Part shown: positions 40,651 to 51,089 of the stretch, piece after piece | Layout of the letters: every line of letters begins with the position of its first letter | How positions within the stretch are numbered: the first letter of the stretch is position 1 | Assembly: GCF_000143415.4 (NCBI RefSeq) | Contig: NW_003314371.1 | Coordinates: 136,480 to 200,479 of the forward strand | Direction of reading: 5' to 3' | From: Selaginella moellendorffii | Lineage: Eukaryota; Plantae; Lycopodiophyta | DNA: 64,000 nucleotides | The notes under the pieces: model-generated | What the model saw: only the letters and a program-made list of their open reading frames with translations | What the model was told of the DNA's origin: nothing | The model's database searches: none | Translations under genes and position numbers: made by a program

Positions 40651-40749
40651 CTCGTAGGAGGATTTTTTAGTCGAGAGGTACGTATGGCTGTAAAAAAATT
40701 CTTACTGCTTTGAATGATGTCTGGAAAACGATTCCTTCGTACCGATTGT

Positions 40750-42267
40750 TTAATCCAGATAAGCGATTCCCGAGAACACTGGTTTCGCAGGTCCGGTCAT
40801 ATAGACGTGGTTGTTTGCTTCTTTCCACTCTATCTCCAGTGGACCACCCGGAAGATCGACAACGCATCTCTAGGATACCTTGCGTGAGTGCCATGAAATG
40901 TGAGGTAGACAGTACGTACCCTTTGTGCTCGTCCTTCCAAGACTGCCGCTACTACGACAGCGCAAGCTCCAGTTCCACAGGCCAAGGTCGGACCTACAAC
41001 ATACAGTATAATATCAGATTCAAAGCTATGGTACCATGTTCACGAATTTTACCTGCGCCTCTCTCCCACACTCTCATCCTGAGGTGAGTATCGGACAACA
41101 CTTGGATAAACTCTGGATGTTTAAGGCCAATGATGTAATCGATTCGTCAACTTCATGAAAGAAACGCTCACCAGTATTTGTTCTTGCAGGAAAAACCTCA
41201 TGGTGCTCGAAAAGAGGTCCAATCTTCTCCAAGGGCAGCTTATTCACCTCGAGATCCTGGATAGAGATGGGAATAAGGAAATGAGAAGCATTCAAACATG
41301 TTTGATTACCCCTTTAGCATCTTGCTCCCCAAATGTCACACAGTGTGGATTACCCATGCTCACGCAAGTGACGAGCCAGGTTCTTCCATCCACAACCAGC
41401 GGTTGCTTCACTACTGCGCCATCGGCATTAACCGGAAGCTTTGTGGGAACCTCGGCACCTTTCAGCGTAGGAGGTCCCATATCCACTGCAACCTGTGGAT
41501 TGAATTAGTCCCAGCGCATGGAAACTAGACTACATGAAAGCTAGAGTACCTGTCCATCAGGACGAAGCTCGGGAATAATTGTTCCAGCAAGAGTGTGTAT
41601 CTTGTAGCTGTAAGGTAAGTTCTTGTAAGAACAAAGACAAAAGAAAACCAAAGGACGTGATCAAACCTTCGAGGTTCTAGAGTTCCTTCCAGCCGTGCCA
41701 CGAAACGAGCCATGCAACGAATCCCATTTCCACACATCTAGAGAGAACCAAGAACACAAGACAATCGCTAAAAAGAGTCAACTCTCATTCACCTCTGGCT
41801 CACTGCCGTCGGAGTTGTAGATTCGCATGGAGTAGTCGCAGCCTTGGGTTCCCGGCATAGCAAAGATGACACCATCGCCTCCCACACCAAAGTTTCGATC
41901 GCAGAGCTTGATCGCATCCTCCGGAGAAACTTTTGGAGCCGAGGAATCACGATTGTCGACCTGGACATCCGGATAAGAACACTCACAACACAACACACAC
42001 CACGCATACCAATATGAAATCGTTTCCCAGGCCATGATACTTAACGAAATCGAGCGTTCGCTGCTGGAGCGACGAAGAAGAGCGCATCGATTCCAAACGC
42101 GATCGCTCCTGGACAACAGCGTGCGCCAGAGCCACGGCTTTCAATCTGGATCCACGCTGCGACAAGAACACCCTAGATCCAGAGCTACATCTCCTTCCCA
42201 GCGGCGACAATCGCGAAAATCCCTGGCATTGCGCTGCACCAGCATTCTGGGCGCAAGCCGCCGCCAT
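40750..42267 (-). CDS. dapF: Diaminopimelate epimerase, plastid-targeted, multi-exon
   Basis: [59 protein letters not shown]; N-terminal transit peptide. Confidence 0.96.
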
Positions 42268-42388
42268 GGAAGAAGAGAATGACCTAGAACTAGAAAAATA
42301 TTTTAAACACAAGACTCTTTCTATTAGAATTTCATCGATCGAGAAGGCTACATAGAAATCCCAATCCCAAAATTTCGCCAGGGTCTCT

Positions 42389-42711
42389 TCATCTCAGCCT
42401 TCTAGCTTCTCTTTCGGACTCGAGCAGCGTGAGGATGTCACCTACACAAGAAATTTGCCCCAAAGATCAATCTTCGATTCGATCGAGAGGATCGAGAGCT
42501 TACCTTCGCGGATCGGCCCCTTGACATTGCGCATGATGAGACGATTCTGGTCGTCCAGGAACTTCACCCGGACTTGGGTCACTTGCCCGCGAGATCCCGT
42601 CCTGCCGATCACCTTGGTCACAATTGCGAGCTTCACTGGCTGATCCTGTAAGAAACAAGCACGAAATCGTCAAATCCAGCTCTAGCTTTCCTATCCATCC
42701 TCACAGACCAT
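42389..42711 (-). CDS. RPS28: 40S ribosomal protein S28 (three coding exons; the first is ATG only)
   Basis: M|[48 protein letters not shown]|[16 protein letters not shown]. Confidence 0.97.
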
Positions 42712-42854
42712 GGCGCGGCGCTTGCTGTTTCCGGCGGCTCTCAAGAACCCTAAAACTCTTTAGCTAGGGCTTTAGAACTACCGTTGGATTGGAATCGCTT
42801 TAACGGTGGAAAACGGCATATTCTTTCTTCTCTTCTTTCTAACCCTAGATCGTT

Positions 42855-43609
42855 ATGGCGTTCTCCGCGGCCGCTGGACGAGGCGTCTGGGCGGAGAATG
42901 CTGTCGATACGCTCGCCGCGCACTTCGATCGAGCTCACAACTCGCTTCTGGTATGATTTCCAGAGCTACATTTGGATTTCTCGCGAAGTGGCGCTTGATT
43001 ACAGCTGATTCAATACAGATTGGACGAGGAGCTCAGCCGAATCTACGGGAATGACGATGTAAGCCGCCGATCCCTTGCGCATTGGTTCTCAAACCGCGGA
43101 AATTCCAGGTAAACCCGATGAAGATCCAAGCACGCTTGAATAAGCTCCAGGAGGAGCTCCCTGTGTTGGAAGCCGAGTGTAAGAGGCTTCTGGCCGCCAA
43201 GCAGGTATGCTAGACATCTCTCAATCCCGCGATCACTGCCAAGCATCTCATGGAATTTCTCTTCACAGGAGTTTATAGAGCAAACGGTTGGCTCACTCCT
43301 TCACAACAAAGCCACACTGGAATCTTTGCAAGCCCGGGCTGGCACTGCCACAAACAACGAAGACGTCGACCAGCCGGACGAATCATCGGCCCAATCGCTC
43401 GGGAAGGTACTCAAGCTTGCCGTGAAAGAAAAATTACTTGCAAGTGCTCTTCTCATGATAGATTCTCAAAGAATGGAAAGAACTCAAGCCCCTGTGAGCG
43501 GCTCTACCAGGTAAGAACTACGAACTTCCAGCTGGCTAGCTCCAACTCTCATTTTTTCGTGCCAGATTCTCGGAGAATACGAGCCATTGTGAGATGGAAC
43601 TCCAAGTAA
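42855..43609 (+). CDS. SKA2: Spindle and kinetochore-associated protein 2-like (3' exon structure uncertain)
   Basis: Spliced AVDTLAAHFDRAHNSLL|LIQYRLDEELSRIY..|VNPMKIQARLNKLQEEL..ECKRLLAAKQ|EFIE matches the plant SKA2 pattern as recalled. Confidence 0.75.
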
Positions 43610-43697
43610 GAAGCTTTCGTTTAAGTTCGTAAAGGCTGCCTGTGCTAACTCTTTCACCAAGGAAATTACAATTCGACTCCACAACTCTATATCTTAT

Positions 43698-46600
43698 CTA
43701 TCTAGTCTTGAACCTCTTGGCCGGAGGAGCTTTGGGAGAAGCTCTCGTCTTACCAGTCATCTTAGCCTTCCTCCTCCTCCTCTCGTCCTCGCTATCCGAC
43801 TCGTCTCCCTTCTCCTTGTCCTCCTTGGACGCCTTCGCCTCTAGCTCGTCCCAGCTCATGCCTTCTTCCTCGTCACTGTCCGCCTCCTCCTCCTCATCGT
43901 CCTCCGACTCCACCACCGACTCGTCGTCCGAGCCCTCGTCCTCGGACTCGGACGGCTCCTCCAGGTCGCTCGGCTCGTACCCCTTGTCCGACTCCTCCGA
44001 CTTCTCCGACTCCGAGTCGGACGCCTCCATGTTGAGAAACTCCCACCCGCCATCGTCAATGAACTTCTTGGGGTCGTCCAGGATGGTCTTGAGAATAGGC
44101 CGCCAGTTGAGATTCATCCTACTCTCGTAGTACTTGATTGCCATGGAGTTGAGCCACTCCTTGATGTTGTCCAGCGACGTGGACGGGATGGCGTCGATGC
44201 GCAGCACGTCCTTCTTGAAGTCCTTGAAGATGATGGCCATGTCGAAGGCTTTTTGAGCGAAGCCAACTCTCTCCAGGTTGACAAGCTCGATGTCCTCCAC
44301 CGTCACCACCAGGAACGGGAACTCGATCAGCTCCACCAGGCACTTGACCGTCGGCACAATGAACGCCGACGTCTTGTTCGGCACCCCGTGGAAGCCAAGC
44401 TCCCGGAACGGGATATCAAACTCGAGGCCGTAGTTCCTGAGCGCCGGCTGCTCCCACAGGTCCGTCACCTTCTTCACGAACACCTCAAACTCCTTGTTGA
44501 GCTTGTTCTTCCGCTCCCTCTCCGCCTGCTCCTCCTCAATCTCGTCCGGATCGAAGTGCGACCGCCTACTACCACCGACGTTTTGTACGCCGTCCATCAC
44601 CTCCACGAAGAACTGTACGTCCTTGGCCTTCTTGTTCCCGACCATGATGTGGTTGTGGAGGTGGAAGTGCAACAAGGTGATCATCTCCTTCTCGGCCGGC
44701 TGGAAGAATGCGTGCCTGATATTCCTGTAGAGGATGTCCACCGTCTCCTCGGCCTTCATGGTGGAGTACCGGAGCCCGTTGACGTGAGCCTCGAGCGTCC
44801 CCCGCCTCCTCTTTCGACCGGCAAACGGTGGCCGTATCCACAGATCCGACAGCCGGATGGCCTTCCCCTTGGAGATCTGGAGCTTCTCCTGGGTGACGAG
44901 CGTCGCCCGCTCCGCCTTCTCGGACTCCCTCTGAGAGACTTGCCGCTTCAGCGTCTTCATCATCTGGACGATCTGCGTCGAGTGCTTGATGTCGCTCGTC
45001 CGGAAAGAGATCTCCTTGAGATATATCATGTGCGGGAACTTCTGGAAAGGGACGTCGTTCGTAGTGAACCCGGCTCCAGGGACGTTGAAGATGATCCGGA
45101 TGATGGAGGAGTTGAGGTCCTGGTGATTGTTGATGGTCCTCACAGTCGCGATGTGGAAAGGAACCATGATACCGTAGATTGGAAGCAGCACGGCTTCGTT
45201 CTTCTGGTCGACCTGGATCATCAGCTCGCGGCTGAATGGAAGCTCGTCCACGTTTCGGTACGCAGTCATCTCCCCGGACGACTTAACCATGTTGTGGCCT
45301 TCTCCATGGCCGAAGGCACCCGCCGCCAGCCTTCTCGCGGTCTCCTCGTTCTTCTTGAGCGCGAGCTCTGCCTGCATCTGCCGCCGCTGGTCCTCCTTGG
45401 TCATTTCCTGGTTGTCCGACCGGAGAGCCGTCTTCACGTAAACAGGCTCAGCACCATTCGAAGCCGGCTTCGACCTCGGCCTTTCCTCGGGCTCCTCATC
45501 ACCGTCTTTGAACGAGTACGCAATGTCCTGGAAGGCTTTCGAGGACAGTGATGTCACCACATCGGGCCCCTTGTCACGAACAACGATGGTATCAGCGAGA
45601 AGAAGCCCGTAAGTCCGCGTCTTCGGATTGGAAGACTTGATCTCCAGATTTTGCAAGCCGATGTTTACGTTAAAAACCATGCCCGCCTTGATCACCTTCT
45701 CGTTCCTGGGATTCAAGCTCAGCCCGGATTCCCTGTACTCGATCCCAATGCCTGCTCCAGCTGATCTCGTCAAGAACGACGACAGCTCCGGTGCCTCACG
45801 CTCCAAAGTGGTAGCAGCAGCCTTGTACACCGCCGACATCAAGTTCCCAGGCCTCAGAGCGTTTATAGCCGCCTCTTGAGCTTTCAAAAGTGCCTTGTAC
45901 GCTTTCTCCTGGCTGGTGTCCGCGTCAATGAGATACGTCCTGGCCACATTGGAGCAGTACATGTTGTAGCGACCCCCAAGAGCGCAGATGATCACCGCAG
46001 TTGCGTCGTAGTAAAGTGGATCCTCGTTGCTCTGCGCGCTCGCCTTGAGATCAAACACTCCACCGCTCTGGAAGATTGGCGGGTAGCAGACGTCGGCACC
46101 CTCCGCCTTGAGCTTCATCTTCAGCTTCCCTGGAGGATCCAGCATCACATTCTCCGTCTCTTCCATCAGCTCGGCGTGAGTCATGCGCTTCTCCTCGTCG
46201 ATGACATGCTCCAGCTTCGGCACAACGAACGTCTTCATGGCCGTCGCGCTCAGGTACGCCGCCTTCTTCACGTTGTTGATCTCGCTCTCGTCCTTGACGG
46301 CAAACATCTCGCACAAGCCGGCAGCAACGTCCACTTTCTCGAGCCGGGAGGACGAGAGGAGCTCGTCCCACTTCTCCATGAAACTCCCCTCCGTCTTCTC
46401 TTTCGCAAGAACCCCCAGGACCGGGGACCGAGACTGCGCCTTCACCGTGTCGAGGATCTCGAGCATCTGGGGGCCACCGTCTTCACTCCTGAGCTTCACG
46501 TGAAGAACCACGTCCACGCCGCACGACGTCCTGGCCGGCCGCTGGAGCTCCTCCAGGATCTTCACTTTCTTCTGGCTGCACAAGAAGTGGAGAGCTCCCT

Positions 46601-46868
46601 GGACGAACACCATGAGGGTGTCTGGAAACTCGTATCCCAGCATCCAGATGTTCAATGCCGACGATTTGAGGTAGCGAAGCTCGGACGCCTCGGCCCTGGG
46701 CGGCGTGAAGACCGCCACCGCGTCGGCCCCGCCCCAAAGCTCGTTCTTTTCGTCCGCCCAGCATTTGTAGAAGATGTTGAGCCGCTTCACGAAATCGTCG
46801 ATGTTGATGTCGTAGCCGCTGTCATTGGCCTTGCTCTTGGCGTCGCCGCCATTTCTCGAGTCCGCCAT
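43698..46868 (-). CDS. SPT16: FACT complex subunit SPT16, intronless
   Basis: About 1056-aa ORF: RYLKSSALNIWMLGYEFPDT, CYPPIFQSGG, GTLEAHVNG, LNWRPILKTI; acidic C-terminus. Confidence 0.98.
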   Translation of the reverse strand: MADSRNGGDAKSKANDSGYDINIDDFVKRLNIFYKCWADEKNELWGGADAVAVFTPPRAEASELRYLKSSALNIWMLGYEFPDTLMVFVQGALHFLCSQKKVKILEELQRPARTSCGVDVVLHVKLRSEDGGPQMLEILDTVKAQSRSPVLGVLAKEKTEGSFMEKWDELLSSSRLEKVDVAAGLCEMFAVKDESEINNVKKAAYLSATAMKTFVVPKLEHVIDEEKRMTHAELMEETENVMLDPPGKLKMKLKAEGADVCYPPIFQSGGVFDLKASAQSNEDPLYYDATAVIICALGGRYNMYCSNVARTYLIDADTSQEKAYKALLKAQEAAINALRPGNLMSAVYKAAATTLEREAPELSSFLTRSAGAGIGIEYRESGLSLNPRNEKVIKAGMVFNVNIGLQNLEIKSSNPKTRTYGLLLADTIVVRDKGPDVVTSLSSKAFQDIAYSFKDGDEEPEERPRSKPASNGAEPVYVKTALRSDNQEMTKEDQRRQMQAELALKKNEETARRLAAGAFGHGEGHNMVKSSGEMTAYRNVDELPFSRELMIQVDQKNEAVLLPIYGIMVPFHIATVRTINNHQDLNSSIIRIIFNVPGAGFTTNDVPFQKFPHMIYLKEISFRTSDIKHSTQIVQMMKTLKRQVSQRESEKAERATLVTQEKLQISKGKAIRLSDLWIRPPFAGRKRRRGTLEAHVNGLRYSTMKAEETVDILYRNIRHAFFQPAEKEMITLLHFHLHNHIMVGNKKAKDVQFFVEVMDGVQNVGGSRRSHFDPDEIEEEQAERERKNKLNKEFEVFVKKVTDLWEQPALRNYGLEFDIPFRELGFHGVPNKTSAFIVPTVKCLVELIEFPFLVVTVEDIELVNLERVGFAQKAFDMAIIFKDFKKDVLRIDAIPSTSLDNIKEWLNSMAIKYYESRMNLNWRPILKTILDDPKKFIDDGGWEFLNMEASDSESEKSEESDKGYEPSDLEEPSESEDEGSDDESVVESEDDEEEEADSDEEEGMSWDELEAKASKEDKEKGDESDSEDERRRRKAKMTGKTRASPKAPPAKRFKTR

Positions 46869-47276
46869 GGCCGCCGCCAAGAAACCCTGCGCTTGCCCTC
46901 TTCAGCCAGCTAGGGTAATACGCGAGTGCCCGCGAGATCAGCCCCACGGCGCTGGAATAAGTCCGCAAAGAAGGCAATGATCGATCAGCACGGGGCCATT
47001 GCGAGCGCGGAACAAGGGAGCGATTACCTCAGCGCGCTCGCGGTCTCCCCATCGTCCCCTCTCGCTTCTCTTCGGCGCACCAACGAAAGAACCCTAAAGT
47101 TTTGGGGCATTTAAATCGCATTAAGTCCAGGGGCGGGAGCTCCGCAACGGACGGCCAGGATGAGGCCGCCCGTCCACTAGGGTTTTAAACTGCGCCGCTA
47201 TCATCGAACGACAGGATCGATCTGTAAGTTCTTCGCTCCCGCCGCATTGCCTGCGCTGTCTGGTTTTGCCACGGAC

Positions 47277-47890
47277 GTGATGAATCGATTAGATGTGTCA
47301 AGCGGCTTCCTGGCCGCTAATGAGCTCAACCCTTTCGAGGCATATCCATTCATTCCTGATCCGTCTATCACTTGCATTTCCTTTTCTTGTTGCGAAGAAT
47401 CGATTTGCTGTGTGCTCGATGTATCGAAATCGAAGCTAGAACTTTTCTGTGAATGTGATGAATTGCGAAGAATTGATCTACTGTGTGTGCTCCATGTATC
47501 AAAGCTAGAACTTTTCTGTGGCGAAAGTGATGAATCGATTAGATGTGTCAAGCGGCCTATGGCTGTTGATGGACTTAAACCTTTGAGGCATATCCATTCA
47601 TTCCTGATCTGCCAGTAAAGAGTTATGTTTGTGATAGATCAATTGCTTCGTTCTCTTCATGCTCTAGTTCTTGCATCAATTCCTGACAAGCTCTAAGGAG
47701 CATTCTTAGGAAAGATAGCGTTTTTTACAAACTTGGGCATAGTTTTTATTGATTGTTCGTTACCATTTTTCTTGTACTTAGATAAATCGGTCGAATGCTT
47801 TTTCTTTGTCTTCATGCTCTAGTTCTTCTTGCATGAATTCCTTAGAAGCTCTTAGGAGCATTCTTTCTCTAGGAAAGATAGCGTTTTACA
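47277..47890 (+). repeat. Short direct duplications upstream of the HARBI1-like ORF (47277-47361 with 47527-47609; 47656-47730 with 47810-47890)
   Basis: Direct sequence comparison. Confidence 0.75.
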
Positions 47891-47934
47891 AGATACTCAC
47901 AAGTGGTTTTCTTCTTCTTTTCCTAGTGTTATGA

Positions 47935-49269
47935 ATGCAAATGGATTTCCTACAGTACCTCCTCTTTGCCTACTCGCAAGGCTTAACAGACGTTTCCGCT
48001 GATATGCTTCTCGGAGACATGGCTCTGGATACACCACTACCATCGATCTTCATGGTGATGTCCGTGGCTCTCTTCGCAGCAGCGTCCACGCCTCAGGTCA
48101 GCAGAGAGTGTTGGAAGCTACGACGAGACGGCTTAATGTGGCAGGAAATGAAAAGCTTGGCCGCGTCCAGCGACCACGTAACCAGGGACAGAGAGTGGCT
48201 CAAGTTCTACCGCATGAGATTCTCGTCGTTCCAGTACCTCCTAGCGGAGCTCCGGCCCTTCATCGAGAATCCGAGCAGCGACTTTGTCAGGGAACCGGTT
48301 GACACAGAGAAAGCAGTAGCCATCGTCATTCATCGACTTGCCTGTGGCACCTCACCGAGAGCTCTCGCGGAGATGTACGATACCGGCGCCTCGACCGTCA
48401 CAAAGTATACCAAGCTCATCACCAGCATTCTTGCGAGCAGCTCCCAGCTCTACTCCAAGTACGTGGTCATCCCCTCGGGAAACGCTCTCACAAAGGTGAT
48501 AAGGAAGTTTGCATCGCTCTCGGGCACTCCCAACGTCTGTGGAGCAATAGGTGGATCTCACATCAAGCTCTACAACAAGCCAAAGCCAGCATATACTCCT
48601 GCCGACTATCTATCAAGCTATGGCTTCTACAGCGTCCTGCTCCAGGGCGTCTGCGACAGCGACAAGATTTTCTGGGACGTGTGCTGCAACGCTCCGGGTG
48701 GACTAGACGATGTAACGCATCTCAGAGCTAGTAGCCTCTGGAGGAGGCTGATCAACCGGGAGGTGCTGGCCCAGCCGACGATGAACTTACAGGGTCGCCC
48801 GCTGCAACCATTTATCGTGGCGGACAGGCCATACCCGCTGATGCCGTTCCTTGTGACGCCCTTCCACTACGACCGAGACGACACCGTAAGCGAGAATGTG
48901 TTCGACATGCAGCTTTTGAAAGCCAGGGAGTGCATCGCCAACGCTTTCGGCCTCCTCAAGGCTCGGTGGAAGATATTGAGAAACATGAACACGGACCTGA
49001 GATACGTAGCGCAGGCGGTCATGGCTTGCTGTGTCCTGCACAACTTCTGCCAACTCGCTGGGGAGCCGGAGCCCGAGACACAGGCTGACGACTATCCAAA
49101 CAATAAGATGGCAGCTCCTCCACTTACGAACGAGCACGAGGTCGGGTTGCAAAACGAGGCAGTCGAGTACAGGCGAGCGCTCTTTCTCGACTGGCTCCGG
49201 CGGCAGCACGAAGAGGCGGAGCTGGAGAAGAGGAGAGCAAGTCAGATGGCGCGTCCCGGTTATTCATAA
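47935..49269 (+). CDS. PIF/Harbinger transposase-derived nuclease-like protein (HARBI1/ALP1-like), DDE triad altered
   Basis: FYRMRFSSFQYL, CGAIGGSHI, SVLLQGVCD, VADRPYPL, IANAFGLLKARW, ACCVLHNFC; intact 444-aa ORF. Confidence 0.9.
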   Translation: MQMDFLQYLLFAYSQGLTDVSADMLLGDMALDTPLPSIFMVMSVALFAAASTPQVSRECWKLRRDGLMWQEMKSLAASSDHVTRDREWLKFYRMRFSSFQYLLAELRPFIENPSSDFVREPVDTEKAVAIVIHRLACGTSPRALAEMYDTGASTVTKYTKLITSILASSSQLYSKYVVIPSGNALTKVIRKFASLSGTPNVCGAIGGSHIKLYNKPKPAYTPADYLSSYGFYSVLLQGVCDSDKIFWDVCCNAPGGLDDVTHLRASSLWRRLINREVLAQPTMNLQGRPLQPFIVADRPYPLMPFLVTPFHYDRDDTVSENVFDMQLLKARECIANAFGLLKARWKILRNMNTDLRYVAQAVMACCVLHNFCQLAGEPEPETQADDYPNNKMAAPPLTNEHEVGLQNEAVEYRRALFLDWLRRQHEEAELEKRRASQMARPGYS

Positions 49270-49472
49270 CAGCTCTTCTACGCGTGACTTGCCTCTTGAC
49301 TAGCTTCGTAAGTCCTGGTCATGGCGATAGCGGCGATAGACAGCCACTCTGGTAAGCTAAATAACATTGTTTTCTCCTGCAGCTAACAATTGTTTTTTAT
49401 TTTTTATTTTTTGTTACAGCTAAAGGTCATCACGCAGAGTCTAGAGACTCTCGAGGGTCGTTTTGCTCGATC

Positions 49473-51041
49473 ATGGACGCCATGAATCTCTTCGCGGCTG
49501 CTGCATTTCTGGTGATCGGGCTGGTTTATTGGCTTGCCAATCGGCAGCGGCCTTCTACTCCTCCGGGACCTTGGAAGCTGCCTGTTGTTGGGAACTTACA
49601 CCAATTGTTGGGAAAGCAGCCTCATCGCGTGATCACCGAGCTCTCCAAGAAGTATGGTCATCTGATGTCCCTCCGGCTGGGATCAGTTCAAGCGGTGGTG
49701 GCTTCTTCCTCCCAAACAGCGAAGATCTTCTTGCAAACTCACGACGCGATCTTCTCGTCAAGGCCTGAAGTCGCGAACGCCAAGCTTCTCACTTATGGCT
49801 TCTCGGACATCATGTGGGCTCCTTACAGTCAGCAGTGGCGCGAGCTCCGCAAGCTCTCCGTCCTGGAGCTCTTCACTGCCAAGAGACTGGAATCGTTTCA
49901 AGGCATCCGCAGAGACGAGACTCTCAACATGATCCATCGTCTGCTGAAGCTGGCTCGAGAGAAGAAAGTGGTAAACTTTCGGGACGCGGCAACAGAGCTC
50001 TCATGGAGCATAATTAGGACAATGGTTTCCAACAGGCAGGAGTTCGTCAATCTCGAAGAGGGCCTCAAAGTCAAGTCGTCACTCGACCGAGCACTCCAAC
50101 TCGCCGGAGCTTTCAACCTTGCCGACTACATACCGTTCTTCCGAGCTTTCGACGTCCAAGGATTTCGCCAACAAAGCCAGATCTTGCACGAGCAGCTGGA
50201 TTTCTTCTTCCAGGGCCTGGTCGACAGCCACAGGCGACAAGAGCGGCCCCCGAACGCCTCGGAGGACTTCATCGACGTGCTGCTGTCCATCCAGAAACAA
50301 AACGGTGTGGAGTACGTGAGCGACGACACGATAAAAGCGACAATCCAGGTTCGTTTTGTCCAGCTCGTTTCCTCGTAAATCCGGCTGACCATTTCATTGC
50401 AGGATATCTTCGCAGCTGGGACTGATACATCGTCCATGACTCTGGAATGGGCTCTCACCGAGCTGGTACGCCATCCGCGCTCTCTCCAGAAAGCCCAAGA
50501 CGAAATAAGTTTCATAGTTGGAAACGACCGGATGGTGAGCGAGGCAGACATTCCGAAGCTCCAGTTCCTACAGGCGGTAGTCAAGGAAACTCTTCGCCTC
50601 CATCCGCCGGGTCCTCTCCTCCAGCACCAGTCCGTGGAGGACTGCAAAGTCGGGCCTTACAGCTTCCCTGCCGGGACCAGAGTGATCATCAACGTCTACG
50701 GCATTTCCAGAGATCCAAGCTTGTGGGAGCAGCCTCTGGAGTTCGATCCTTGGAGGTTCCTTGACAAGCCCACGGCCAGCATCGACATGAAAGGCCAGCA
50801 CTTCGAGTTCATCCCGTTTGGGTCCGGCCGACGAATCTGTCCGGGGCTGGCCATGGGAGTGAGAACTGTGGAGCTCGCACTGGCACAGTCGCTCCACTGT
50901 TTCCACTGGCACTCGCCGGACGATCGAGTCCCAGATATCGAGGAAGTCTGTGGGATGACGCTGCCAAAGAAGAACCCATTGCTGCTAGCTCCATCGCCAC
51001 GACTGGCTGACGCAGTGTATGGCGAGATACAAAGAATGTGA
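49473..51041 (+). CDS. Cytochrome P450, CYP71 clan (one intron, 50349-50402)
   Basis: PPGP hinge, AGTDTS I-helix, KETLR, DPWRF, PFGSGRRICPG heme motif. Confidence 0.96.
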
Positions 51042-51089
51042 TTTTGCTGTATTGATCTCAAAAATATCAAAGCAAAGAATTTGTGTTGT

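Noticed and set aside
44253-46913. Long plus-strand ORFs (432 aa and 345 aa)
   Set aside because: Antisense shadows of the GC3-rich SPT16 CDS with no recognisable motifs.
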